Of a DNA stretch of 64,000 bases, positions 12,698-26,757 are shown piece by piece (position 1 is the stretch's first letter; every line of letters begins with the position of its first letter). Origin of the DNA: Ruditapes philippinarum (Eukaryota); assembly GCF_026571515.1 (NCBI RefSeq), contig NW_026867237.1, positions 124,001-188,000 of the forward strand, read 5' to 3'. The notes under the pieces are model-generated. The model searched no databases and was not told the DNA's origin. It was given only the letters and a program-made list of their open reading frames with translations. The position numbers were made by a program, and so were the translations under genes.

Positions 12698-14059
12698 TTA
12701 CTTCTTCCAATCATAATAACTATCATCGTAGCCGTCGCCATGGTTGTCATCGTAGCCGTCGCCATGGTCATCGTCATAACTATTCCCATGACTGTTGCCA
12801 TAACCGCTGCCGCCGTGTTTGCCTTTGCCGCCTCCATGTTTTCCACCATAGTAGCCGCCACTATATCCTCCACCACCACCGAGACCACCGCCACTGAGAC
12901 CCCCGAAAAGAACTTGGATGATCAAAATGAACACAAACACTGTAAAAAAAAGATTTATATAGGTAAATATCTCAGAAATATGTCATACATTTTTACTGTC
13001 TATATTAATGCTAAGTCTGTACACAGAAACACGTGTCTTATGTACACAGAAACACGTGTCGTACACATTTATAAAGATACATTGCATACATTTTTAATCA
13101 AATTGCAAATATGAAAGTTTCTACTCAAGTGTTTTATAGATTAAATCATTTTCCGGTCAAGGTAGTTTTTATACATCATATTTATCTAGCGACTTGTTAG
13201 TTTCATAAAAGACAATGTAAACTAGTTATTTTACATGCCCTTTTTGCGAATAGAATTATTTTGAACATTTGTGATATCAGATCTAGTTATAGTCCATCAA
13301 TCAAAACGCGACAGATCAGATAGAAATAGCAATACATTTGACTGCTTTTTTACATTGATAATTAATGATGACAAAAAGTAAAGAAACGGAATCTTACAGA
13401 ATATAATCATCCCAAAGATTCCTCCGCCACCGAATCCACCGCCACTGCCCCCGCTGCTACCTGTCCACGGAGAGAGAAAAAACCCATCAGGTTAAACATT
13501 AATTGTTTGAAATGAAAGACTTTAATAGAAAATGGCATACTAGTATAAAACTTCAGAGCTTCAGTCATCACAAAGTCTTTTGATAACTTGAGTACATTCA
13601 CTTTAGAATATACAGATTTTGGCAATGGCTTTAAAATAATAGAAACACATTTAAACACTGTCCATAAACACCCAAAACACTGCAGTTATAAGAAGCCATA
13701 AATTCTCGTTTTTTTCTGAGTCAATTAACGTATGGAAACAAAATGTTAACTTACTTAAGATATTTTGATTTACTTAGCATTAAAACTAGACATGTTGGCT
13801 TACTTAGCATTAAATCTTAGTAATAATATCCTGAATATTCTTAAAAACGCAATGAAAATTTCAAAGTAAACGAAGGTCAAGTTAATAATATTTTTTAAAG
13901 ATGATAACAATAATAATCGCATTATCAATAATAAAGTGAAATAGTACCGTAATTTTGCATGCCATAGCCTCCGTATGTATATGGCATTTTGTACATGTTG
14001 CCTTGTACCAGCATTGCCACGCTGAACACGGTGACGAGTCCTACCAGGAACAACCTCAT
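12698..14059 (-). CDS. Gly-rich signal-peptide / hydrophobic-block protein, paralog A (138 aa); coding exons 14059-13948, 13460-13398, 12939-12698
   Basis: Spliced: MRLFLVGLVTVFSVAMLVQG-NMYKMPYTYGGYGMQNYGSSGGSGGGFGGGGIFGMIIFLFVFILIIQVLFGGLSGGGLGGGGGYSGGYYGGKHGGGKGKHGGSGYGNSHGNSYDDDHGDGYDDNHGDGYDDSYYDWKK*. GT-AG phase-1 introns at positions shared with the four other paralogs. Confidence 0.9.
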
Positions 14060-14247
14060 CTTGAATCTTCAACCGTCTAAAAATAAACAAAGATTCTTTT
14101 AATTAAACAAATATATCAAACATAAAAAAACGAAGATAAAATACTTAAATAAAATACGTTTTTCCTTCTAGTTATGTATCTATGTAAAACGAAATAAATG
14201 TATTTACTCTAACTATGCGGGAAGTGGTTTAAAAAAGATAGTTGAGT

Positions 14248-14275
14248 CTTATATATGGAGGGGACTTAACCGGAT
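14248..14275 (-). promoter_or_regulatory. TATA box and upstream GGA(A/T) motif, paralog A
   Basis: TATATAAG (14255-14248) about 30 nt upstream of a probable ~18-nt first exon ending at a GTAAAT donor (~14207); ccggat on the + strand at 14270-14275. Confidence 0.55.
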
Positions 14276-14931
14276 ATTCTAATAAAATTTCATATTTTCT
14301 TAGCACTTCCTGATTTTATCGGTAATTTATGTAAAACTATACGCCAGCTAATAAGTCATTTTTGTTACGGTATCTCTAACATGGACGAAAATATGAAATA
14401 AATACTAAAAAACATTCCTTTTAGAAACATATATTTGCCCCATGGGATTTTATTTCTCGTATGAAAAAACCTAAATATCCATCAATTTTGGGAAACCACA
14501 GCCGCAAAGATCTCTACAGGAATCTGAAATATAGAGTGAAATTACATATACAAGTGTATACTTTTTATGATTTTTAATGACATTTTTTACTTTATCGTTC
14601 ACCTGGTGAATTTCTTAGCTTCGATTTTTTTTCGAGACACTCCGTGATCCTAGTGAATTTCTTAAATGAAATTGCCCAGCTTCGATTTTTTTCGGGTCAC
14701 TCCGGCCGTGATCTATTTTGGAAATATGAATATATGAGCTTTAAAGTTGTTAAATCCAGGCAAGATTAAATGGATGTACAGACTAAGCTGCCTGTACATA
14801 CATGTATATTGCTGGCAAATGCTCGTCACTTTCTCTTTCAGCAGGGAAAGGGTTAAAAATCTTGAACTGCCAAACATATTGATAACAAAAGTTATAAAAT
14901 GTATAATTTTTCGATGATAAATTTTTATGTT

Positions 14932-15570
14932 TTAAAGGATCTCCACTCAGTTAAAAAGCTAAAATATTTTAATTCGTACACAGATCAGGATAAATGAAAA
15001 ATCTTCAAAGGATAATAGAGATATACTCAGAATTAAACTTAATTTATATCGAATTTATGTGCGATTCTCAGCCCGATGTGAGTGAAAGGTATTGTAACGC
15101 TTTTGTAGGTCATTTTACACAATAAAACGGATTATTCCAGAAAAAAACGGGGAAAGGTAATGATCTAAAACTTTGCACAGAAGCAATTTGACCCAGACCT
15201 ACATCAAATGGTACACAAATCTCGGAAAAATATTTTCAGTATAATTATGTCAAAAAAATCTCTGTTGAGATTAATTATGTTGAAGGGACTCTACTGAGGT
15301 TTTTTTGACATGATGGAACTAAATATATTTTTTCCAGATAATTGTACAATTTGATTTTGGTTAAGACCACTAATCTTTGTGCAAAATTTCAGATCATTCA
15401 CGCATTTCGTTTTTCCAGAATGATTATTCAAATTGTTAAAAAAAGGATTCAAAATGAAAAGCGTTTAAACACTTTTCACTCAAATCGGGCTAAGAAAAGC
15501 ATAAAAATACGATTTTCAATTTATTTCAAGGTAATTTTTTTAACTATCTTAATAACTTAGTATAAGTATC
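14932..15570. mobile_element. Degenerate fold-back MITE
   Basis: Inverted arms, e.g. ttctcagcccgatgtgagtgaaagg (~15065-15089) versus cttttcactcaaatcgggctaagaa (~15471-15495), and atgtcaaaaaa / ttttttgacat around the centre. Confidence 0.6.
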
Positions 15571-15939
15571 CAGTACTTAGCAATGGTTGTAACGTTTCTT
15601 ACTTACAGAAACGAAACAACTGGTTGTCCCTTGTTTGTTCACTTATTTTAAAGCAATAAATGAACCATTATCTATATAAGTTTAGACAGAATGTAATGAT
15701 AAAATATTCTTCCGTATATCATTTTGTGCATTTAACGCTACATTATTTGAATCGGTTAGACATAGCAAGTTGTATAATACTTCATGATGTGTAAATTGTT
15801 ATACTCAGAACAGAAAGTTTTATTTTGCTTATGGGTTAAAACAGAACTGATAAAAACGCGGAATGCCTAATGTTCATTAATGTACAATTCAAACAGGTAT
15901 ACACTGTACTCTTATATTCCAACTTGCTTCCGGAACGTC

Positions 15940-16040
15940 GGTGCCTTCGTGCCTGAAATAATGCACGAAGGTCGAGGTTTTCCTCCACCAGTAAAGCTGG
16001 AAAGTCTCCATATGACATTTACCTTAATTGGTGCAATCCC
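15940..16040 (+). mobile_element. SINE-like 3' fragment
   Basis: ttcctccaccagtaaagctggaaagtctccatatgac, related to accagtaaagctgaaaagtcaccatac at ~2877-2903. Confidence 0.5.
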
Positions 16041-18970
16041 CCAAAAGGAAACGTCAGATAACAAATTAAAGGTACATACGCATCTGTGTACTAACAGACT
16101 AATATATTTATCCTTATACTATTTGTTTTTAGACAGTATAAGATTGAAATACTCTGGTGTTACACTGGAACCTCTCTCAAAGAAACAATCATACTTTGTA
16201 TCATTCTTTTAAATATATTTTCAAGCTGAAGGCGCATTAATCCTTAGAAATATTTTTCTATACTGTAGAAATGGGAAAAATGTGTTTAAATTTTTTTTGT
16301 AAATGATTTTGACCATGTAAGATGCTAAAGAATTTTAAAAAATAGTGCTTAATGCAACATTGTCATAAAAGATAATTCAAAGATAATGTAAGCAAAGTGA
16401 TATTTTGACTTCCATACAAAATAATTAATCACTTAAACTGTACTGTATCACAAAAATGTATATAAATGAAATAATAAAAATAATAATTAATAAAAACGAA
16501 AAAGAAGCAAAAGATGGCTTAGTTATGTGACCAGTAAATAACGTTTTGGAAATTGTAACAGGACACCAATAAGAAAAGCTTTTATTAGATGAAATAACTT
16601 GCATTTTTGAGAATTTATGCGCCTGAAAAGAAAAAACTGAAAGAAAAATAGACAGAACTGATAAAAACGCACGGAATTCAAGCAGGTATACACTGTATTC
16701 TTATATTCCATCCTGCACACGGAACGTCGGTGCTTACATTATCATTATGACTATAATTAATTAAGTAATTAAGTAGGGGCTATAGCAATTTCTTTTGCAT
16801 GATTTGATTGTGGCTAATTTTTTGGTTCTGGCTCATAATTATCATATATTTTCATGATTTTCAAAATTAAAACATTTTTCAAGATCATAACTTTATTCTC
16901 TTTTATTATATAATAACAACAATAACAACATTTATTTAGCAATTAAACATAAGAACGCTTTTAGCCATAATATATCACTGCCATAAAGTGAAAATGGCAC
17001 GAAATGTCATGACATCCAATATTTTGGCATAGAGAAGTTTACACAATGGATAAAACGTTTTTAAGTAAGAAATTTAAATTGTAATGCAAATATAATTAAC
17101 TATTCCTTCATTTACATGTATTTGAAAAGAATATATATTTTGATAAATTAAACAGTTGACGTTCATTACCTGTGGACATCAGTCTCTCGAATTTATCAAA
17201 AGTTGGCCACCTACATAAATACGGTTTTAAATATTTTTCCTATTAATTTCTCGATATATTGGGCAGACAACAAGAAAATGATACACATCTTCAATCCAAT
17301 CAATTTATATAGTTGTTATCTTAAGATGATTAGCTAATGATATAGGCTGGTTGAAACTAATAAAAGATTATGTTTATGTTTTAGGAAATAGTTATTAATT
17401 GTGAGTGCATTGTTGTAGAATATAACACACTGTTCGAGTTAAATTGCATATTAGGAATAAAATCACAAAGGCCGATAGGTCTGAGTGATTAATTACAAAG
17501 CATATGAACGAAAAACCGTGTGGTATTAAACGAAAAAGTCATAATGTAATATTTGATTGCTCTATCCGCTTGTTTGAATTTTTGGCAAAGAACGTTTGCT
17601 CAGTCAACACTCATTCTGATATGTCGTCATATTTAAGTTTTCGGGACGAATGAATAGGCTTTGGAACTAATTTCATCAATTCCCTCTTTGTTGTTATACT
17701 TTTTTGTCAATTGTACACTTTTAATTCCCGCCGACCACATTTGGATGTTTGTTAGCATTATATATTCTAAGAATATATTAATATATTATTTACTTTTGTA
17801 AATTTGTTGGAAAGACATACTTGTATCACAATTCTTTAGTCTGGTCCATGTTAATGATTTTTGGGGGTTTATTTTTGTGTTGTTTTTTGTTTGTTTGTTT
17901 TGTTGTTTATTTTTAATTTTCCACCAGTGATAAAATGAAAATGTTTGACAATATTTCGAATCCTATTTGAATTTTCAATAGGACACGTGAAACAAAACGA
18001 CATAATCCGACAGTGATGCTGAAATGTGTATTTATTAAGTAAAAGAAAAAACAATAACAATTCAAAAAAGACGTTGGTCATGTCTTTTGAAATTGTGGCA
18101 ATCTCGTTTGTCGGTATCCGTTTGAAGTCGTTTATCCGTGCATTCAGCTCTGTGATTTCGTCCGCTGAAAAAGAAGATAGGAGCTACAGAATAAAAATTT
18201 GTAAATGATTCCAACACTGTGGAAATTTTAAAAAATCGGATGTACAAAGTTAATTAAAACAAAGAGAGAAAAAATTCTGGACACTTCACAAACTGAATTT
18301 AAATATTATTAATGATAGGAATTTAATGGATAACTGAATAATTGCTTTTTATGAGAATCTTTAAAACGTGAATACAGCAAGTTTAGGAGCGCTAAGTTAA
18401 TTCAAAACATTGAAAACAAGAAATATCTTTGAAACGATATTACATTGTGATAAATTTGGTTTAACAGTTGCTTGGCCATTTTTTAGTATTCTATTAAATT
18501 AATGCAGAAATAATACCATTGCTCAACAAGACCGCGATTACTTATTTAGTTTGCTCAATTGTTATTGAAGCATTCTTTTTTAAACAGGAAGATTGACTGC
18601 GTAAGGACCAACGTAGGGAACATATTGCTTTCGTGTTAGATACTTGCAAAACTAACAACAGTGTAACTTTTGAATTCCGGAACTTCTGAAATTCGGAAAC
18701 TTTTGAAATCCGAACAATTATTAGAGTTCCAAAATTTCTCCAGTTTTCTGTAGTAGAAATAGTTTATAGGACCTTGATAACACATGAAAATAATAAAACG
18801 TTTTTCTGTATAACTAAAACAGTTGTATTTGAAGCGATTAGTTTAGTAGATATTTCTATCATATCAAAGGAATTTAGCTATTTCAATCAGGCATAATTTG
18901 ATTTTTTTTTTTGATATTTTAAACCAATCTCAGTTTGACAATGGTATACTAACCTCAGTGTGTATCTCTA

Positions 18971-20542
18971 TCAATAATCATTATCGTGACTATGACTACT
19001 GTGGCTGCTGTGACTGCCGTGACCTCCACCTTTGTAATAGCCACTGCCACTATATCCCCCGTAACCTATGTTACCACCACCGATAGAACCGAAGCCTCCA
19101 CCCGAACCAAACAATACTCGGATGAATATAATGAATATAAATACTGAAATATAGGATAAACATTAAAACAACATGTGTGAGTTTCTGTATGTTATCACCA
19201 TAGTTACTGTGCTGATACCTGGGTTAACTCCTCGTTCTGATTTTCAACGGTGGATTGTCCTCTGAATCATTGAACAATGTCAACACGAAATGATGATTAT
19301 TAAAATTGAAAGCCATTAGTGTTTTTTTTCAATTACGTATGAATTGATGTAAATGGTGGTACAAAATAATTATATTATATACTATTGATTTTACAAACGA
19401 AAAATATTTCAGTGATATATATCTTTTTAGTTATATAGAGCAAATTTCCAACCTAGAACACAGTGGGAAATTATAATACTAACCCGTTTTATTTTAAGAT
19501 TTTTTTTGTTGAGGCTTTATGCATTCATTATTTTTTGTAGATCATTTATTATTAAAAAAGATATACGAAGGTTTGAATATGCAAGACTTTTAATCCTATT
19601 ACTTTTTGAACAACCATCGTATTAATGAAAACATTCCTTAGCAAGAGCTTTTTTATTTATTGTGTATTCTTGCCGCGCATTTTGTCCAAAAAGCTATTTG
19701 GTCCGCCACCCTAATAGTGATGAATCATTAGGAATAGGCTGTATACAATATGTATTTATTTGTAAAGAGCATTATGTTTAAATTACATTTTATTGATTGA
19801 ATATCGTAAAGTCTAGTAATATACTCACAGAATATTAGCATCCCAAATATTCCACTAAACCCGTAACCTCCTGATCCGGAGCTGAATCCATTGCCTACAC
19901 CGCCTGAAATAAATATATAAAAACATAACTGATACATATGACGAAGTTACGTTAAAAAAATTGGAACGTGGAAAGAACTTCTTTAGGTCTATTTATAACT
20001 TGTTTTAAAGATAAAATCAACCAATTAAATGTTCGCTTACATACTTTATCGACATGGTTTCATATCAGTAAACCTGTTCGGACTCAATAAATATTTCGAT
20101 GTGGTACATTCATTTTATCATTTTATCATTTTTATGGTGTGCCATCCAAATGCATATCAATTATTGTGAATTACAATATTTTCTTTTTGAATTTTACAAG
20201 TAGATTTATAAAAGAAAGAAGAAAAACAACTTATAAGCAGGATCGTTTGCACATATAATTATCATATTTCTTATGGGTACAACGACATTTTCAGCTGATA
20301 AAAAAAAAAAAAAAAAAAAAAAAAGCAAATAACTACAACCCAATCGCTCCAACATGAATACACGGGTTAAATGCCATTCGGAACACTTCGCCGATTATCC
20401 ATAATCCCTATCCGGACATTTTTATTTTCTAATAAGACTCACCGCCAGAATAGCCATAACTCATCGGCATCATCTTGTAATTGCCGGAAACCATCATGGC
20501 CCCACTAAGTATACAAACCAGCCCTATGAGCAGCAACTTCAT
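18971..20542 (-). CDS. Gly-rich signal-peptide / hydrophobic-block protein, paralog B (115 aa); coding exons 20542-20443, 19903-19829, 19143-18971
   Basis: MKLLLIGLVCILSGAMMVSG-NYKMMPMSYGYSGGGVGNGFSSGSGGYGFSGIFGMLIFLFIFIIFIRVLFGSGGGFGSIGGGNIGYGGYSGSGYYKGGGHGSHSSHSSHSHDNDY*; GTGAGT donors, phase 1. Confidence 0.9.
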
Positions 20543-21104
20543 TCTGAACGGTGTTCTGAAAAACAGTTCGATAATAACATAATGATTAAAAATACAATAT
20601 ATATGCGTAAGGTATCTTAAGAACAATGAAATCCAAACAAAGTCGGAGGAAACTGGCAAACTTCAATGAGTTTGAATGAAATGTGAATTTTCCAATCTCC
20701 AGAAACTGTTTCATTGTCTACAATATATTTTGATAGATGATAGTTTTCAACATAGTGGTTTGCGATAACAGATCTGAAATGATTAGAGCGTAACACATCT
20801 TTAATTGCTTAGCATCGTACTAAAATGCTTTTTAAATCATTTCGATCTTTTAATCTCCATTTCATATATTCTACTATAACTCATTCATAACAAATCCAGT
20901 AAATTATAGATTCATTGTTTACGAAATCTTCGGAAAAAAATTAAATCCGCTATTAAAAAAGAGTAAGTCAAATTAATCATTTTATCCGCTTCAGATGCAC
21001 AATTCAACAAAACGATCAGATTGTTTTCTAATGAAATTCTTAGACGCCTCTTTATAAGAAACACGAAACAATAGGTCTACTGTAGTGGTGGCAGTTTTAC
21101 TCAC

Positions 21105-21167
21105 ACGATTCAACTACTACTGCTAAACGATGAAGATGTTGTATATTTATATATTGTCAAGAGGAAA
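21105..21167 (-). promoter_or_regulatory. TATA box and non-coding micro-exon 1, paralog B
   Basis: TATAAATA (21151-21144), likely start ~21121, GTGAGT donor at 21104; aggaaa on the + strand at 21162-21167. Confidence 0.6.
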
Positions 21168-21519
21168 TTGCAACAAATATTTTGCTTATTTTTTATTGAT
21201 TTGTTAAAAAAAAATAGCGACGTTCGTCTGATAAAATCACTTGAATGTTCAAAGTATGCAATTTTGCTTAAGGAAATGAACATGAAGCTAAATTTAGATT
21301 TTGTGTCCAATTACGGACAAAAGCGAATATCCACATATTTTTGCTTTACAATATAAAATGTAACCAACTATCTATGAACTTGAAAATACAGTTTTCTAGA
21401 GTTTTGCATATTTTTTATTCTTTATGAACTGAGCAAGGCGGTTTTTGCTATCGAATAAATTAGATTCCACCATTTATTTTTATCTCATTTAGAGCATGTA
21501 TTCTTTTTCCATAAGTTCT

Positions 21520-21740
21520 GAACACTTCTTCTCTTTTAGGGCATACGTTTTCATTTACTTGGGGACCGTTTTTTATGAATGGGCACGAAAATGTCACATT
21601 AAAGGTCCCATGATAACCGCCTAATGAACACATCTGCGGATGTTTATAAATTTAAAATTTCATCATATTGGTGTTTAAATTACGCTGGGGATGCTAGGTG
21701 GCGTGGACGGTACCTTGCATTTTCCAGTACCGTTCGCGGC
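21520..21740. repeat. Dispersed repeat (family also at 28440-29060, 41265-41580, 44150-44310)
   Basis: Shared core gtcacatt.aaggt.ccatgataaccgcc..atgaacacatctgc. Confidence 0.7.
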
Positions 21741-21937
21741 TTGGAAGATTTTCCCCTTATTTCTACGATGGTGGGTCTATATGTAATGCAATATGAAGTA
21801 TATTTTCTAATTTAGCTCGTGATTCTTGTGCTTGTGTAAACTATACTAGGCTTCGTAATATCTGCTTTCAACTGATACCAGATTCAGGTGTGTAGGTCAA
21901 TCGATTAAGAATTTTATTTTCATTTAAAAATACCTTA

Positions 21938-22627
21938 TACGAGTAAGTTCCCGTAAAAATTTGCTGGAAAACGCTTTGTTAAAAGTGGTGAATTAAGGGC
22001 TTACATAAAAACTACATGAAGAGCAAAGATAGGCTATAAAATGTTTATAATATTATTTGTTATACTTATGACATGAATTGTATTAAGGCGGATGCATAAA
22101 TTAAAAAATGAGTCAATTAAAGAAGCCTTTAAGTCTAATAGGAAACTCTCCATAGTTAATGACAAAAATATTCATAAAGTCAAGCTCAGCATTGACAACA
22201 TGTGCCAGACATTCACTTACCATGATAGCCCATATCACAGGGATATCTGTAGGGCCAATTCATACGATTCTCAAGAATCACTTGAAAGAAAGACGGATAA
22301 CTGCCAGATGGATACCCAATTTGCTAACATTTGACCAGAAGAAGGAGCGAGTTAAAAGAGCTTGAAAATTACTAGTAGCTGTCTTAAACATCTACTCAGT
22401 GACGTTTTCTTCTTTCCTCGACAGACAAAACAACTTTCAGGTCATCGCTACAAGAGTAGAAATGGTCGGCCATGTTTTAGAAATTGAAAGGTATACCTAT
22501 GGAGGATTATGTTGAAGCATTTAAAATTGGATTGAACGTCTGAAACTTTGTATTTCTGTAGGGGATTATTTTGAAGGGTTTAAATAAAAAGATGTTGAGT
22601 ATTTTCTCTTTTGTTATACCCTCGTAT
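21938..22627 (+). mobile_element. Internally deleted Tc1/mariner transposon relic
   Basis: IAHITGISVGPIHTILKNHLKERRITARWIPNLLT.DQKKERV (mariner HTH and WVPHEL-like linker); C-terminal WIERLKLCISVGDYFEG* (~22527-22586); tacgag / ctcgta ends. Confidence 0.85.
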
Positions 22628-25262
22628 ATCCAATTTTATAAATATTCGTCCTTTCTAATTCCAAAATAGTTTGCTTTGAATAGGTACGATAACATCAGAG
22701 TGTGCGTTTAATTTAAAATAAATATTTTATATCTTTCTTGGCAAATGATCAACACTATCTGCATTTGGAAGAACTACACTTTGCGAATATTCTCTTGTTT
22801 TGCTTTTGGTACTTAGATGGTTCTACATTGAAATTATGATTCCATTCCTGTCTGAATTGCAACTTGAAATTATTGTTTTTATTTGTCTTTAAAAGTTTCT
22901 TTTTATCTCTCTACCGTAACGTTTATAAGATAAATCTGTTCAATACTTATTTTCTATAACCAGTTTCTAGACTTTGTTTTTTAATGGTCCGTGCCAATCT
23001 TCTGTCTTGTTCAATCATTAAGTTGTTACATATTTTATTTCAGACCTTTTGCTAAACATAATTTACATACAAACTTTATCATGCACACAACACACTAATG
23101 AGAAAAGGATCATATCCAACAGCAAAAAGTGCTTATAAATGTCTCTCCCTGGCATATTTTGGACATTTGTTTCTATTTGAAAATCACTTGAAAGATTATG
23201 TAGGGGCATTTTGTTTATTTGTCATTCAATTGTTATATGTATAAATATCATCATTCCTTATCAAAGTTTACAATTTCCAGTAGTTGATTTGCTCCCCTTT
23301 GGTTCTGAGACTTCAATCAAACCAAATATTTAACATTTTCAAAATAGCCGTATACGATAACAATTTTTACTTTTTTAATGCCATAGGAACATCGCACTGT
23401 ACTCCAAAATGCCTACTTACGACATGCATTTTCTTTAATCATAGAAATATTAATAAAATCGCAACCAATATTAATAAAATTTCATCAACAAACGTTACAA
23501 TGCTTTGGTTTGAATGCCTTTTTATACATCATTTACGCATCAAATTTGCTCTATACAAACATAACCCAAAGACGCACTAAACGCAAAACGTGCGAATCAA
23601 AAAGAAATCATTTGTGTTTAAAATGTAAACAGTTCTTTAGATATGTGATTAACAGAATATTATATTCGTGTAGGTTCAATGCTGAATTTATTACTCGTTG
23701 AATAAAAATTATGCTTGTCAGGGAGGATCGCACAATATAATTTTATTCAAGTGTTTCAATAAATTGAGTTCTGAACCTACCTACACTCATTCAACAACCT
23801 TTATTTATATAGCACGACAGACGCAAATAAAATCCAAATGATGGTGGGAAATTTAGAGAGTATCGGACATCAACATATCGAATACAAGACACAATCGAAC
23901 TAAAATAGATTCTGTATAAACCAACTTACCGAATGCAAGGGCGACAAGAAAAGTAAATCAATTAACAATTTTGTATTCTGATTGAGCTAAATGTGTACAC
24001 AACATTATCTCCCGTTTCACAACATTATTATTACAAAATTAATTATATCAACCCTATCCCCTAAATGTTATCATACTAGTTGCTGACGGGATATTTGGGA
24101 ATATATATCAAAGTAATTCAAATATGAAGTCATTATAGCGTTGTAAGTTTTAACATTTTTATGAAGTACTTACATTTGAATTGAGAAATCTGCCATATAG
24201 AATAAAACGCTATAGTAGATTTTATGCACATATTTGATAACCGGCCTACGATGTACAAATGCATTGTTATTTGTGTGCTCTCGGTTAAATAATGTAAACG
24301 GCATCGTATAAAAAGATTTTAAGCCAATCATAATTCGAGAAATGTGTTTTGCATTATTATGAAACCTATAACATTCGATTCAGTTTTTCTATAATGTCAA
24401 TAACTTGATAAAGAAAAAATCATTAAAGACTTGTCAGACTTGTCAGAATACAGAACATTCCAGCAGAGATTTGGAACCAGAAAAGAAACAAACTACATGA
24501 CAAAGACAAAAAGTAGATTGAGAGTTAGAGTGACCAAATAATGGACACAAAGGAAAGAGAAATCGGAAAACAGGAAAAAAGGGAAACAGCCAAAAAGAAT
24601 GGTAAATGTGTTTCTTTACCCTCAATAATAATAAGTTAAATAATGGTAATAATAACATATATAACATTAATAAATATAACATTTCTCTTGCTGTCTGAGA
24701 AGTTTGTTCAACAACTTAAAATATATTAAAGGATGCAAAGGAAAAAATGACAACACGTTGTAAAGATGCAACAGATTTAATAAATAGAAAGAACAACATT
24801 AAAACAACTACTCGTCATCTCTTTGTTGTGGCAGTCTCGATAGTCGAATTTTCTTCGTATATCCTAAACCATGGTATTTACTGCTTTACGCATAGTTCTG
24901 AAATAATACAAACATAATATTTTTTATATTAATCAATTATGTCTTAAACAAATAAATAACACTATGCAATGAAAGCAATTGTATATACTTTTTTATTATG
25001 TTCATAATGAAAATGTTATCACTAAATTAGATTAAACTTAATTCTGTTTTATTTATTACCCTCCGTGTGAAAATAAAAAAGTTCTTTCAATAAGTTATAA
25101 GAATAATAGATCTTCAAAATTGTGCATTTGCTTTCCACTAAGACGTTGACCTACTTTTCGTAAGATCGCATGAAAAGAATAAGCAGTTAAAGAAACGTTA
25201 TTGAACACAAAATATGTGAAGATTTTTCATCGGACGAAATAATAGGACTATCGTGTTACCAT

Positions 25263-26409
25263 TTAATAAGCGCCGCCGCCGCCGCCTTTATATCTCCCTC
25301 CACCACCACCGCCTATGCCGCCGCCCCCAATACCCCCAAGTCCTCCTGAACCAAACAGGATTTGTATAAAGAAGATGAATATGAATACTGGAATGGAAAA
25401 ATGATTGATGAATTGAACAAAGTTTTAGTATATATTATTGTTTATATCATATATGTCCAATAAAACTTAAAATAAATATCCCCCATGGCTAAATATAAAA
25501 TATTGATATTAATTAGAGAGGGAATGGCATAGCTTATTAATTAATAATAAATGAATTAAAATAAAGTATTATCAGTAACTTTAAAGTAAATAATTTTTAT
25601 AGATGCAGGTATTTCCTGAACTGAAGTCTGACTAACACGATGCTTTTGGCTTTGAACTTGGTTACTTATTATCTTTCGCACAGCATAGAATTTACCTTAT
25701 CTCTCATTATGTTTGATTTCAGCAAACTGTGTATTACCGGGTATTCAAATATTATATTTAATTGGGTTAAATTAAAAACTTACAAAAGATTATCATTTCA
25801 AAAAGACCGCCAAAAGATCCTGATCCTGATCCGCCCGAGCCTCCGAATCCACCGATACCGCCAAAACTGCTGCCACCACCACCCATACCTAAAAAGAAGA
25901 GTAGGGTAAATAATATGTTTTCATAATTCATTGAATCCCAATGGTCCTCTTACTCTTCTGTTTCATATCAGTTTACATACATGTAGGTTGTGAATAATTG
26001 TAAAGAATATTAAAAGAGATATACTCTTATTAAGATATAGTCATATGCTTTTATTTGCAAGTCGATAGAGAGAACAAAAAACAAAGCAATGATAAATGAT
26101 TGAATTAATATGATGAACCAATTAAAACTCATTAGTCGTCAGAATTAATTGAAACAATTTCCTCAGCAAAACGTTAGGAAAGGACAAACGTAATCAAAAT
26201 ATCCTAAATTATTGATTAAAACTGTCCTCCTGAAATCGGTATTTCAAGATTATATTATGGTTGCTATTGCAACACAAGATTTTCTTACTTGCATGAGAAA
26301 ACAAAATACACATACCGTAACCATAGGACATTGGCATCTTGTAATAATTGCCGGAGACCATCATGGCCACACTCAATACCACAACCGCTCCGATCAACAC
26401 CAACTTCAT
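25263..26409 (-). CDS. Gly-rich signal-peptide / hydrophobic-block protein, paralog C (107 aa); coding exons 26409-26316, 25888-25784, 25387-25263
   Basis: MKLVLIGAVVVLSVAMMVSG-NYYKMPMSYGYGMGGGGSSFGGIGGFGGSGGSGSGSFGGLFEMIIFLFIFIFFIQILFGSGGLGGIGGGGIGGGGGGRYKGGGGGAY*; canonical splice sites, phase 1. Confidence 0.9.
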
Positions 26410-26695
26410 TCTTGATGGTGACTTCTGAAACAAATTGTTTATTCAGTGTTTTATTCATTCGCTCATTTTCCGAGATTTATTATTCAATGCAAGGATGCAA
26501 AGGTGTATGATTTTTATTATATACTTCAGATATAGCATTAATACCATTTTGTTTACTTTGAAATTCTTTGAATTCTTCAAAAGTATTATATCTGTCACAA
26601 TTTTATAATGAATTAATATTTATTTTATACGATTTCCACAAAAGTGTCCATTACAAAAAATGAGGTAAAAATCAATTAAATGTTTTTTTACTTAC

Positions 26696-26757
26696 AAAAT
26701 ATTAAACACTGATATTTAGAAAATATAACTTTGTATTTATAAAGAAAGTTAAGGAAG
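26696..26757 (-). promoter_or_regulatory. TATA + Inr core promoter and 15-nt first exon, paralog C
   Basis: TATAAATA (26741-26734) lies 31 nt upstream of the A of TCAGT (26710); GTAAGT donor at 26695; aggaag on + at 26752-26757. Confidence 0.75.

Noticed and set aside
12693-12705. GTAAGA donor-like site overlapping the stop of paralog A; terminal KK as ER-retrieval signal
   Set aside because: A post-stop donor at 12678 matches the pattern of the paralogs, though alternative use cannot be excluded. The lysines are at -1/-2, not the canonical KKxx positions.
12652-13114. ORF-track Val/Ala/Met/Thr-rich ORFs (12652-12894, 12740-13114; likewise 33707-33904 and 42997-43227)
   Set aside because: They are shadow or antisense frames of the Gly-rich exons.
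15835-16740. Local ~100-bp duplication (15840-15945 vs 16650-16735); also 27330-27410 vs 27960-28035 and a 23-bp tandem at ~35363-35408
   Set aside because: Short, diverged and non-coding with no further structure; probably repeat debris.
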